64,000 nucleotides of DNA from Macrostomum hystrix (GCA_950097015.1 CATNEN010000030.1:4154001-4218000); one strand, 5' to 3'. Shown: positions 39,781 through 53,108, counted from the first letter of the stretch. Numbers and translations: made by a program. Notes: a model not told the origin generated them from the letters alone.

Positions 39781-41493
39781 TGTTTTTGACTGCTGACTTG
39801 CCTATAATTGGTCTGCCCTGCAATTTTTAGTTTAATAAAGCTCAATTGAGCTGAAAGGGGACACGATCCCTTTAACTTACACAACTTTATATAAATAAAC
39901 CCATGAATAATCGATCAGTCTAAAATGTAAGAGCAAACCAGCTGTAAGTTCTATTCGTCTATAACCCAAGACTTTTTGCTGTGGGTACAATTGCATGGGT
40001 ACACTTTTCCACGCGTACAGAAAATGTACATGCGGTACTCTAGGTTAATTATTTATTAATACATAAGCTTTTACATTAAAATACATTCATGTGCAATTAG
40101 TACGCAGCAGCGCAAAGTTACTTTAAATTTGGTATATAATTTAAGTAATTCAGGTATTTGAGTCTGGATAAAGAACATAAAGAGCAACACAACAAGTGTT
40201 GTTTAGTTGTCCTTGAGCATAAATAAGAGTTTTTTATTTGCATGATTCGGCTATGGGATACTCTTAGTTCGTCGTTGCTTTATCACTTTTTACTTTTCTT
40301 TATCTTTCTTACTTTTTTGTTTACATCATATTCGTGACACGAACACAATCCGAGTATACATTTTTGTGGCCACTGAATGCGTAATTGACAACGGCGGCCG
40401 GTACCGAAAATTTTTGAGAAAGCCCTCCCTTCATGATAAAAGAATTGAAAAGTTGTGCTTTGAGATGAGACTCCAGTACGGCCAATACTGGGGTTGAGGT
40501 TGCACCGGTTATTCAATTTTTTGCTTAAGTTTTTTCAGTTAAATGCGGGAAACTTTTTCAGATGTATATAAAGTACATAAATAAATGACATGACATGATT
40601 AGATGAAGACTGGAGCAGCAAACAAACCAAAACTAATTATCCTGCAAGTTTTTTTATGCTCAAGCTTACTTTGGTATTCCGCTTTAGATCATATTAAAAT
40701 GACTTTTATTGTCCTCAAATTTCAAGGAAAATTTATTTTGCTCAATGTGCAGGATTTTTTACTTTTCCAGCAATTCATTTTTCAAGCAAGCAAAATAAGT
40801 TAACAACTTCTCATATTAGAAGATAATAACTGAGCTATTTTCCAAAGTCATATTGAATTATATTGTGCTTATTTGTTTAAAACGTTTGCCCCTATTATTA
40901 TTTTAAACCCTTCGCGGTAGTTTAAATTAACTAAATTTATTACTTAAATTAATCCCTCAATCGATCAGATTACTATGCTGCATATGAGTTTGGCATGGAA
41001 CTATGTCGTTTGTGCCTGTAAATAGTTAGGATAGCATATTCTAAATATGGGCTTTAGGATAGCATATTTACCAACTGTGGGTCTAGCCGCAAGCACACAT
41101 ACTGAATGCAAAAAAGAATGCATCTCAATGGTTTTTGCGAGGTAGTAATACATAGCGTGTTGTACTTAAACTCAAACAAGTCTAATTTAACCTGGGCTTA
41201 GACTTACTTGGACTAAAAAACATTATTAAATAATTACCGATAGCTCTAATAATCTTTTTTACAATATAGGGCCAAAATAAACTAGCTAAATTCATAATTA
41301 TATTTATAGAATGTATAGGAATATATATACCCAGTTGTAAAATTAGGCTATAACTAAATTTTTTTCCAAGTAGCTGGCTTCATTTTGTGTAATTAGCAAA
41401 TAATATTTAGCAGCAAATTGTTTTTCTTATCATTTCATTTATGCATATACTATTTAATTTTTTAAAGCAAGCCTTTTGTACCATAGGTTAGTC

Positions 41494-42605
41494 GGCTATC
41501 TTTCAGTTTTGTTTGTTTAATTATTTTCAGAGTCTTATATCATTGAGCCACTTCAGGCAGGGTAGTAGTAGCTCACCCAGTACAGGAAGTTGCCGAAGTG
41601 TTGCCCATCTAGGTACAGCCGGTGCCATGCCATAGGTATTCCTACAGGTGGGACACGAACAGCGTGTCCCTTGTCCCATGCATGGCCCACAGCTTTGCCT
41701 TGGAGTGCGCCCAGGTGCCCTCAATTGTATTGGTGTGGACGGTTGGGTCCTAGGGTCCACGAAGTGTAGGCAATGGTTCACAGTGGCATGGGCATAGCCA
41801 GCTGCAGCAAGGCCATTGTAGGCCTGCCGCCCATCAGTCAGCACCCGAGAACCGGGCATGATGTACTGCTACATACTGGGCAGCAGCATCTGGGCATGTC
41901 AATCAGGGATGATGACCATCATGCACTTGTTGCTGTTCCTCTTGACCATGCCAAACACCCAGTGGCCCTCACAGTAGTTGCCGACGTGGTACTTGCGGTG
42001 GAAGAACTTAGACTCGTCCACCTCGACTTCCACATTTGGGCCACCGAGCTGCATGGGATTGTCAATCAGGACTTGGGCACAGACATCACGGCAGAAGTTG
42101 GCCCAATCAATGGCTGTGGCCCATGCTGTCAAGTCGCATTGCTGCATGGTGTCCTTCATCGGTGTCTTGAGGGCCCACCAGAACAGGAACTCCACCAGTT
42201 GGGTTAGCTGCAGGTGGCTACGCTCAAAGAACGAGCCCTTCCTGATAGACTCCTGAGCTTGGCAGTCCTTGCAGGCCCAGGCCCAGCCATCAATGTAACG
42301 ATCACCTTGATGACGTGGAAGCCGTATTTGGGGTGTTGTAGGGCAGTTGTCATTGTGGCACTGGCGCTCGTTGGGCAGCAGCCGGTATTTCGCCAGCCAG
42401 TGCAATACAGATTGCGTGTCAGCAGTCAGGATAACAAGGTCACACATCTTCATGAACATAAGATCGCATAGGTCAGTCGTTGGCCTGACCTCAGCTGGTG
42501 GGACTATCGTGGTCAGAGCAGATGGGCGACCCGCCATGCTGAAAAAGGGGTAAAAATGATATAAGACTCTGAAAATAATTAAACAAACGAAACTAAAGGA
42601 TAGCC
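41494..42605 (-). mobile_element. Merlin (ISXO2/IS1595-like) DNA transposon, decayed
   Basis: About 50-bp TIRs starting GGCTATC (41494-41550 and 42551-42605). Transposase with WACKDC, VEVDESKF, WVFG, TDG, VNH, TIEG motifs, three in-frame stops and one frameshift near 41745. Confidence 0.88.
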
Positions 42606-44798
42606 ACAGTCATATACTATATTGAATCCAGCTCATGCAGGTTGTACACTAGAAAAAGATGTGGAAAGCTAGGGTGTATGGTTAATTTTTTTCTTTTGCA
42701 CACCTAAATTAAAAAACAAATGAAGAAGTGGGTAATGATTTACTTTGTTTGGCATAATTATTTTTCCTTTTGAAATTGTACATCCTCATCATAGAATATT
42801 GGAAAATGATGAAATAAACAAAGGACAACAAACAGCAACAACTGAAAATGGTCATTTTGTCTGTCATTAAAAATAAAATCACAGTGGGTAGTAATGAGCC
42901 ACTTAGTAGAGCATGGCACCAAACATCTTTAGATAGAGTTAAGGCCATTGGAACTCCTCAAGGTGAGTGTAAAAAACAAGTCATCTAATGTCCAATGCAT
43001 GTTACAGAACTTTCACTTGGCATGGGCCCATATGTCCTCAATGGTATTGGTGTCTGGTGTTAGCATACGTTTCTGACCCTTGCCACATCATATTACATAT
43101 CACTGGTCGCATGAGTTTGAATCAGTTTGAAAAATAATTATGCAAAATAAATTAAAACATTGCCAAGAAGTGTATTGCATGTCACCATTTTTGTGTTACA
43201 TAAAGTCTTAATGTCTAAGTATAGCCCCTAGCCTATAAACCAATTAAAAAAACTGATAAATTGTTTTCCATACATTATACTTATTTGAGCACTAAGTATA
43301 TACATGCCAAGAATTCAACTCATTTGGAATAAGTTGTATTTTTCTAGATTGTGTCTAGTGTACTTTTGCTTGTTTCCATAGCGCATTGCAGGCAGAGTAC
43401 TATTACATTCTCACTAAGTCAGGATATGAGAACTTGACTTAGCACATACTATATACAGCAAATGCAATCCTTAGCAAAGATATGAAGCATGTAACTAGAG
43501 GAAGTCAGTTTTGAGATTTGAAGGCTTAAAGATTGCCATGATGCACTGTTAGTGGCAGCTGAAAACTTATTCTAATAGGAGAATTCAGTGTGAGTGAGGT
43601 AGGTGCATATTTGGTAGGTAACACTACGCTTAAAGGCTCAAATTTTTGGGCATATACTAGTTTATATGATCTAGACTATGACTACATTATCACATGTATT
43701 TTAGCTACAATCTACATTAGCCCTTCTCTTGTCTAGTCATATAAATTCTTGACCTTAGCTAGTCATGACTCATAAGTTTGTCTACTATTAGATTAGGCTA
43801 GTCATTTATTTGTATAAGTCTATACTTAGCTAAACTAAAAAAATCTGGATTTGCATGGTTATTATAGGTTTTCAAGTACTTCATTGTTTCATTGATAGAA
43901 ATATTTGTTCTTTTCAGAGTTCTGCTATAACAATAAATTTCCCATGTCTATATTGGTATCTACAAAATTTTCCCATAGTCTATCTGTATCTTTATCCATT
44001 CTTCACTATGTAGCTAAACTTCTCATAACTAGCTCAGCATCACTGCCAGTGATATGTTGCATATAAAACCAAATACCTCAAAGCTGCCATATGCTGTAGT
44101 CTAGTCATCTTTTTACCAAGCTGAAAGCATAGGTGTGGGGGTGTAGCCATACCCCAAAACATGCATGTATCTCTTGAGCTGGAATCCCCAATAACATGCT
44201 AGGTAATTAAGAGTTTCCATTACACATAGTCTAAATAAGTTTATTTGTTATAAGTTTGGTAAAATCCAGTCTCTCTTTACCTCATCCCAAGTGAGGAAAA
44301 CCCAACCCCACAGTGTGCATGTCTCTCTTTATCCCTTTAACTGGGTAAAAACCCTATCCCAAATGTGCATGTGGTACCATTTGAGTTGTAAAAAGAAATA
44401 GATTTTATATGGGAACTAGATACAGTAAAATGTTTATAACCATATCTGTAACTTCCCTTAGCTGTCCATAGCTATGGCAGAACTATATAGTTATCCATAT
44501 GCCATTTGTAGTTGCCATGGTAATAAGAAATCTTCACTACTAGTGTTGAGTACTGATTGTGTATGCAGAATTTAATGAGTAGCAATTGCTTAAAAATAAG
44601 ATAAATTTTAAACATTAATCTTTCATTTTGTAACAAATAGTTTACAGAGCAAATTATTTATATCAGATTATTTCCTTCTTGATAAGTTTTAAATTTTATA
44701 GCTTTTTATTCTGGTGTAAAAGCAAAAACATTTCTCTAAATATATCGTGTGTTTCATTGCTATGTTATTAAATTTTAATTGAATTTCACTTATTTCAG

Positions 44799-45949
44799 AA
44801 GGAATACAAAGTAGTGGTGCTGGGCAGTGGCGGCGTGGGCAAGTCGGCCCTGACTGTAAAGTTTGTTTCTGGAAACTTTGTCGAGAAATATGACCCAACC
44901 ATAGAAGACTTCTACAAGAAGCAAATAACGTAAGTTGCTCACCATTTACTGTATGCTGTTACACATTCCCAGCTGTCAGACTGAGCCTGTAAACCTGTAT
45001 GCTGTCAGACATTCCCAACTGTCAGACTGAGCCTGTAAACCTGTATGCTGTCAGACATTCCCAACTGTCAGACTGAGCCTGTAAACCTGTATGCTGTCAG
45101 ACTGAGCCCGTCACCTGAGCCTGTATGCTGTCAGACATTCCCAACACTCAGACTGAGCCTGTCACCTGTATGCTGTTACACATTCCCAACTGTTAGACCG
45201 AGCCTGTCTCCTGGATGCTGTTAGACATTTCCAACTGTTAGACCGAGCCTGTCACCTGGATGCTGTTAGATATTTCCAACTGTTCGACCGAGCCTGTCAC
45301 CTGGATGCTGTTAGACATTTCCAACTGTTCGACCGAGCCTGTTACCTGGATGCTGTTAGACATTCCCAACTGTCACCTGTATCACCTGTATGCTGTCAGA
45401 CATTCTTAACTGTCAGACTGAGTCTGTCACCTGTATCACCTGTATGCTGTCAGACATTCCCAACTGTCACCTGTATCACCTGTATGCTGTCAGATATTCC
45501 CAACTGTCACCTGTGTCACCTGGTCCATTGGCAGGGTGGACCAGCAACCGGCTGTGTTGGAGATCCTGGACACGGCGGGCACCGAGCAGTTTGCCTCAAT
45601 GCGGGATCTGTACATCAAGAATGGCCAAGGCTTTGTAGTTGTATTCAGTGTCACCTCGATGCAGACCTTTCAGGACATTCAACAGCTGCGAGACCAGATC
45701 AACCGCGTCAAGGGCCAATCTCGCAGTCCCATTGTGCTGGTTGGTAACAAGGCCGACTTAGCCGAGTATCGCCAGGTTGCTCCAGACATGGGCGAGAGCC
45801 TGGGCCGCGCCTGGTCCTGCCCCTACCTGGAGGCCTCTGCCAAGACTGGCTACAACATCGAGGAGGTCTTCCGGGTGGCAGTCGGCGAGATGAGCGCCAT
45901 CTCCAAGCCAAATTCAGGCGGATCCGGCTGCTGTTGCGCCATCCTGTGA
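44799..45949 (+). CDS. RAP2: Rap2-like small GTPase; the initiator Met is not in these exons
   Basis: Exons 44799-44929 and 45535-45949 join in phase 2. [47 protein letters not shown] (Rap2-type), NKAD, SAK, C-terminal CCCAIL prenylation box. Confidence 0.9.
44950..45520. repeat. Degenerate minisatellite (units about 36-45 bp) filling the Rap2 intron
   Basis: CCTGTATGCTGTCAGACATTCCCAACTGTCAGACTGAG variants. Confidence 0.9.
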
Positions 45950-46064
45950 CAGCTTGTTGCGTCACTCTATTGGCCCAGTTCTTTTAGATCTATGCCTGTT
46001 TTCTGAGGGCGCTTGGAAGTCACTAGTTTGAGCCTCCTTAGTTACACTGTTAGGGATAATTTGC

Positions 46065-46175
46065 AACAAGTGTGCGACAAGTCCGCAAGCCTTTTCACCG
46101 CGTCTGCGCCCCACAAATTAATGTGGCCTCGCCGTGAAAACGAGCTCAGGGATCTTAGTACGATAGACAAGCCCT
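46065..46175 (-). mobile_element. SINE family B fragment
   Basis: CCGCGTCTGCGCCCC...AATGTGGCCTCGCCG...GAGCTCAGGG matches 11330-11385. Confidence 0.65.
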
Positions 46176-47019
46176 AGTTTGATCTTTACTATCTTAGGGA
46201 TAATTTATTTGGGTGTTTAGGGGATAATTATGAAGGTTGGATCGTTTGCTTTCTGTTATTTTCTAAAAATCTGGGACAATATTTTAGATTATATGCTTTT
46301 TAACTAAGTTTTTAACTACTTTAAGTACTATATGCTAGCGTATTAGCATAGAGAAAACTAATGTATTCAGGCAGGCAAGTGGCCTAGAATGTCTAGTTCT
46401 GGCTACTAAAGACTGTTTACTTAATTATTTAAATTTGACAACAACTGTGCCTGCACTTAATTGGGCCTCTTTAATTCAGTGTGTCAGTATTAACTATTTG
46501 TAGTTAGATACTCATTTACATGCACTGGCTAGTTGCCGGGGCTAGGGCCTAAGCAGCTGTTGCTAGGCGGGTAAAAACCAATTGGGGCAACCACTGCTGG
46601 ACTGACTATCCAAGCTGCATGCCAAAAAATTAGTCTGAAAAAGCATACTGATTCCTGTTTGCTAAACAACTTATTACTTACTCATATAAAAAAATGTGTA
46701 AAATTTATTTTTTTGTAATCAATATATGCGCTACAATTTTTAAACATAAACTTGCATGCGTTTGTTATAACACTTTTTTACTACCTGGATTACAGCGATG
46801 CATAACTAGCCTATCAGAGTTCAATGGAGTTTTAATGCCCCTTGAAAACTGATTAATCTATGATGTTTTACTTAAATCGACTCATTTTATCGGATTTCGC
46901 TAACAAAAAATCAACTGTCGTTTCTTGTCTTTTTATAAGAGTTCTCTCCATAAAAATTTTGTGTATTCTTATTATTTCCAGGAGATTACTATCTGATTAA
47001 ATTTTAGTTATCTTTCAGT

Positions 47020-47240
47020 TTTAGGATTTCTGAATTCTTTAGTTCGAGTTTTAGGATGTCTGAATTCTCTAGTTCGAGTTTTAGGATGTCTGAATTCTCT
47101 AGTTCGAGTTTTAGGATGTCTGAATTCTTTAGTTCAAGTTTTAGGATTTCTGAATTCTTTGGCTCGAGTTTTAGGATTTCCGAAATTCTTTAGTTCGAGT
47201 TTTAGGATTACTGAATTCTTTAGTTCGGGTTTTAGGTATC
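47020..47240. repeat. 30-bp minisatellite
   Basis: TTAGGATTTCTGAATTCTTTAGTTCGAGTT, about 7 copies. Confidence 0.85.
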
Positions 47241-47447
47241 TGAATGCAATTATAGTTTTCCTAAATAGGTGTAACTGTAGCCTGCAAGTAGTAATGTATG
47301 CTTTTCTTTCGCAAACCACTTTAAACTGAAATTGAATCCTAAAACTTTTCAGTCCCAAAGTAGATTTTTTCCAATCGTGTCGCTAATTTTTTTGTCAGTT
47401 TGTTTTTTCCATTAAAAAACGGCTCATGATAGTGTCCTTGCATTTTA

Positions 47448-47448
<1 letters not shown>

Positions 47449-47499
<51 letters not shown>
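47449..47499. repeat. (GCT)17 trinucleotide microsatellite
   Basis: 51-nt pure repeat. Confidence 0.95.
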
Positions 47500-48917
47500 A
47501 CCTGTTTGTTTGTCCCCCGCCCGCTGCTGTTTCTTAATTCCTATTTTTTATTATCGTTATTCGGTTTTTTGTTCGGCATAGAGTTACTTTTCTGCCGTTT
47601 CATGATCTCTTCTGTGGCCTTAGGGGGGCATACTGTTCTTCCTGACTTGCGCGCAGAAGATCTTCCAGCTGGTGTGTCATAATCATGAAATTGTTGCTCC
47701 TTACTCAATATTTCATCGCCTAGCTGTAGTGCACTTGTTGAAATTTACCTTTCGTTGGGTCTCCACATTTTCATTTAATTATAATCTGTAAGAGCTTTGG
47801 TGAAATTGTCAATCACTGATAGTGTTGAATTCATCGCCTGTTTTAGCACTTGTGCAATCTTTCTGGCTTAATCCAACCTTAATCCGATTCGCACCTTCCA
47901 GCGTACAGTACAAGCCAGTTTTGTAGTTGTGTATAGAATATTTATTCATAGTTTAATCTACAAATTAGTCATTTCTGCTGATTCTGTTCGTAGAGTTTTG
48001 ATTGAATCTATGCCAGCGAGTTTATTGTGCTGTAGCTGTTGTTGATTGTGTGGTTATTATAAATATTGTTATTTTTTTCTTTCTAATAATAGGCTCTTTC
48101 CTAAGCCTTTCAGTTGCCAAGCTCTATTTTCTTCTGCTCTATATATCTATACTTGTTGAGCAAATTAGTAACGGAATTTTAGCATGTCTTACACACTACT
48201 GCCTACTTACTGCAGTAGGCTATATTGCGCTTTATATCAAACCATTTTTTACCAACCAAAATCAAAGCTTGGGCATGGCTTATTATAGCGTTCATTCCAA
48301 AAATGGCAGTTAATTGCGCATCGATTTAGGCGTAGCGAAACTCTAACAATCAATGCCGGTCCTTCGCAGCAGAGAGTGTACCTATTTGTACTATGTACGG
48401 CCTGAATCCTATAGCCTGTGTGCCTACAATACCTGATTTCACTGTTTATATCTTATAATTTATACTTGCCAGCGCACTCCTATCACTCTGCGCTGTTATA
48501 TAGTATAGCTATGATTCAACTGACGCACTGTACTGATGTACGGCACCTGTGTTTAAACCTGTGCTCTATCATTCATTATCAATAGTGCTTGCGGCATGTC
48601 TATTTTTGTTTTCCACTTTGTCTATTAATGAAACCGTTTGTTGCTATGGAATTTGATTGCCTTATTGTAAAATCAAGCTTACAAATACATATTTTTATTC
48701 AATTGCTATTTACTAATGCTCTTTCTCAATACTATTATATAGTACCGATATAATACCAGTAATAAATTTGATTCGCCACTGCCCTCGCAGGCTAAAAATA
48801 AAGTCCTGTTTGAGCTCCTGATAAACTCCTGCAAAGTTTTGATTTCTACGAAACGCATAAACGCCTTTAAATCTTTCTTTGACTGAATCTTTTATCTGCT
48901 TTTATGGGTTTTTAAAT

Positions 48918-51205
48918 GGATAAACACTCCCAGATACTCAGGATAGACAGCCACACTCCCAGATCCTCAGGATGGACAGCCACTCTCCCAGATCCTCAGG
49001 ATAGACAGCCACACTCCCAGATCCTCAGGATAGACAGCCACTCTCCCAGATCCTCAGGATGGACAGCCACACTCCCAGATCCTCAGGATGGACAGCCACA
49101 CTCCCAGATCCTCAGGATGGACAGCCACTCTCCCAGATACTCAGGATGGACAGCCACACTCCCAGATCCTCAGGATGGACAGCCACTCTCCCAGATCCTC
49201 AGGATAGACAGCCACACTCCCAGATCCTCAGGATAGACAGCCACTCTCCCAGATCCTCAGGATGGACAGCCACACTCCCAGATCCTCAGGATGGACAGCC
49301 ACACTCCCAGATCCTCAGGATGGACAGCCACTCTCCCAGATACTCAGGATGGACAGCCACACTCCCAGATCCTCAGGATGGACAGCCACACTCCCAGATC
49401 CTCAGGATGGACAGCCACTCTCCCAGATCCTCAGGATGGACAGCCACTCTCCCAGATACTCAGGATGGACAGCCACACTCCCAGATCCTCAGGATGGACA
49501 GCCACACTCCCAGATCCTCAGGATGGACAGCCACTCTCCCAGATCCTCAGGATGGACAGCCACTCTCCCAGATACTCAGGATGGACAGCCACACTCCCAG
49601 ATCCTCAGGATGGACAGCCACACTCCCAGATCCTCAGGATGGACAGCCACTCTCCCAGATACTCAGGATGGACAGCCACACTCCCAGATCCTCAGGATGG
49701 ACAGCCACACTCCCAGATCCTCAGGATAGACAGCCACACTCCCAGATCCTCAGGATGGACAGCCACACTCCCAGATACTCAGGATAGACAGCCACACTCC
49801 CAGATCCTCAGGATAGACAGCCACACTCCCAGATCCTCAGGATAGACAGCCACACTCCCAGATCCTCAGGATGGACAGCCACACTCCCAGATACTCAGGA
49901 TAGACAGCCACACTCCCAGATCCTCAGGATGGACAGCCACACTCCCAGATACTCAGGATAGACAGCCACACTCCCAGATCCTCAGGATAGACAGCCACAC
50001 TCCCAGATCCTCAGGATGGACAGCCACACTCCCAGATCCTCAGGATGGACAGCCACACTCCCAGATCCTCAGGATGGACAGCCACACTCCCAGATACTCA
50101 GGATAGACAGCCACACTCCCAGATCCTCAGGATAGACAGCCACACTCCCAGATCCTCAGGATGGACAGCCACACTCCCAGATCCTCAGGATGGACAGCCA
50201 CACTCCCAGATCCTCAGGATGGACAGCCACTCTCCCAGATCCTCAGGATGGACAGCCACACTCCCAGATCCTCAGGATGGACAGCCACACTCCCAGATCC
50301 TCAGGATGGACAGCCACACTCCCAGATCCTCAGGATGGACAGCCACACTCCCAGATCCTCAGGATGGACAGCCACACTCCCAGATCCTCAGGATGGACAG
50401 CCACTCTCCCAGATCCTCAGGATGGACAGCCACACTCCCAGATCCTCAGGATGGACAGCCACACTCCCAGATCCTCAGGATGGACAGCCACTCTCCCAGA
50501 TCCTCAGGATGGACAGCCACACTCCCAGATCCTCAGGATGGACAGCCACACTCCCAGATCCTCAGGATGGACAGCCACTCTCCCAGATCCTCAGGATGGA
50601 CAGCCACACTCCCAGATCCTCAGGATAGACAGCCACACTCCCAGATCCTCAGGTCCAGGATAGACAGCCACACTCCCAGATTCTCATGATGGACAGCCAC
50701 ACTCCCAGATCCTCAGGATGGACAGCCACACTCCCAGATCCTCAGGATAGACAGCCACACTCCCAGATCCTCAGGATGGACAGCCACACTCCCAGATTCT
50801 CATGATGGACAGCCACACTCCCAGATTCTCATGATGGACAGCCACTCTCCCAGATCCTCAGGATAGACAGCCACACTCCCAGATCCTCAGGATAGACAGC
50901 CACACTCCCAGATCCTCAGGATGGACAGCCACACTCCCAGATCCTCAGGATGGACAGCCACACTCCCAGATCCTCAGGATAGACAGCCACACTCCCAGAT
51001 CCTCAGGATAGACAGCCACACTCCCAGATCCTCAGGATGGACAGCCACACTCCCAGATCCTCAGGATGGACAGCCACTCTCCCAGATCCTCAGGATGGAC
51101 AGCCACTCTCCCAGATCCTCAGGATGGACAGCCACTCTCCCAGATCCTCAGGATGAACAGCCACTCTCCCAGATCCTCAGGATGGACTGGCCCTCCCAGA
51201 TCCCC
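48918..51205. repeat. Large 29-bp minisatellite (about 78 units)
   Basis: CAGATCCTCAGGATGGACAGCCAC(A/T)CTCC. Confidence 0.96.
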
Positions 51206-51711
51206 AGGAAGTCGCTGGCAAAGGCACCCACGAGGTGTTTTAGAGAACCATAATCGATATATTAAAAAGTGGACAACAAAGCAAGGGGCGTGGTGGCGCG
51301 CCTACTGGCACGGACTTCGTAAAATTTAAAAGGATTGTAATTCCTGCTCGAGCTCTCAGATCCAGATTGGGCCATGGCAACTTAAAATCTTTTGTCGGCT
51401 TGCCAAGCAAGCGGTGGCAATTAAAAGCTTTCGGTGGCCACCTGCCTGGTCGCAACCCAGGCCAGCAACTTGTGACGGGTCAGAGTTTGAGGATTATGGG
51501 AGCTTATGCTGATCGGCAATTATCGATTGTATTGACGCGGGCTGCAGGCATTGGGTACCGGCGCACCTGCCCACTGTGCAGTTGATTGCCAGGCTTGGCA
51601 GCATGTCGAGTGCGAGCCATGCTCACCGAATTCTATTATGGAAGCTGTGAGTCTGTGAGCTGGAACCTATGACTGACTATGAGCTGGGATAATCAGATGT
51701 GGGCTTACAAT

Positions 51712-51815
51712 CTGGTTATCTGGGAGAGTGGCTGTCCTGAGGATCTGGGAGAGTGGCTGTCCATCCTGAGGATCTGGGAGAGTGGCTGTTCATCATGAGG
51801 ATCTGGGAGGGTGGC
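51712..51815 (-). repeat. Inverted short array of the same 29-bp family
   Basis: GGGAGAGTGGCTGTCCATCCTGAGGATCT is the reverse complement of the 48918 unit. Confidence 0.9.
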
Positions 51816-52364
51816 TTCCATGCCGACAGGCTCACACTGACAGACACTGTCAATGCTCACACTGACAGACACTGTCATCGCTCTGTATTGGTCGTCCGCC
51901 ACAATCAATGACAGATGTCAATCAATCATCATTGGTGTTCCGAGACACCAATGTCATAGATCTGATTCTGAGCACATTGGCCATTGTTTTTTCGCAGCGG
52001 GAGACTATCTTAAGTTGCCGGGGAGAGCGTTTGAGAACACGCAAGCGGCTAATGAAGTGTGAACTCAGTTTGACCACAAAGTTTAGGCGCATGGCCCCAA
52101 TCAAGCATGCTCATGTTCTGTTGCTGAGCATTGCCAAGGCTATCTACTGTGTCAAGCAGCGCGTCTGTGAGTGTGCTCATCGGTCCGCGATCTCTGAGCA
52201 AGATATGAAAGCCTCGGTTACAAACCCTGGTGGCAGATCGATGCTCGCACACAATGGGATAAGGCATTCATTCTTCCATTAGATACCGATCTTTGATCCC
52301 ACATGGGAAGCAAAAGTGTTTTGGGTTCGTCTTGGAATTTTTACCTGCGTGCGCTCATGCTAGT

Positions 52365-53108
52365 TGCAGACTGTAGCAGAAGGTTTACAGACTGAAGCAG
52401 AAGGTTTACAGACTGTAGCTGAAGGTTTACAGACTGTAGCTGAAGGTTTACAGACAGTAGCAGAAGATCTACAGACTGTAGCAGAAGATTTACAGACTGT
52501 AGCAGAAGATTTACAGACTGTAGCAGAAGATTTTATAGACAGTAGCAGAAGATTTACAGACTGTAGCAGAATATTTACACACTGTAGCAGAATATTTACA
52601 GACTGTAGCAGAAGATTTACAGACTGTAGTAGAAGATTTACAGACTGTAGCAGAAGATTTACAGACTGTAGCAGAAGATTTACAGACTGTAGCAGAAGAT
52701 TTACAGACAGTAGCGGAAGGTTTACAGACTGTAGCTGAAGGTTTACAGACAGTAGCAGAAGATCTACAGACTGTAGCAGAAGATTTACAGACTGTAGCAG
52801 AAGATCTACAGACTGTAGCAGAAGATTTACAGACTGTAGCAGAAGATTTTATAGACAGTAGCAGAAGATTTACAGACTGTAGCAGAATATTTACACACTG
52901 TAGCAGAATATTTACAGACTGTAGCAGAATATTTACAGACAGTAGCAGAAGATTTACAGACAGTAGCAGAAGACTTACAGACTGTAGCAGAAGATTTACA
53001 GACTGTAGCAGAAGATTTACAGACAGTAGCGGAAGGTTTACAGACAGTAGCAGAAGATCTACAGACTGTAGCAGAATATTTACAGACAGTAGCAGAAGAT
53101 TTACAGAT
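52365..53108. repeat. 21-bp minisatellite
   Basis: CAGACTGTAGCAGAAGATTTA. Confidence 0.95.
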
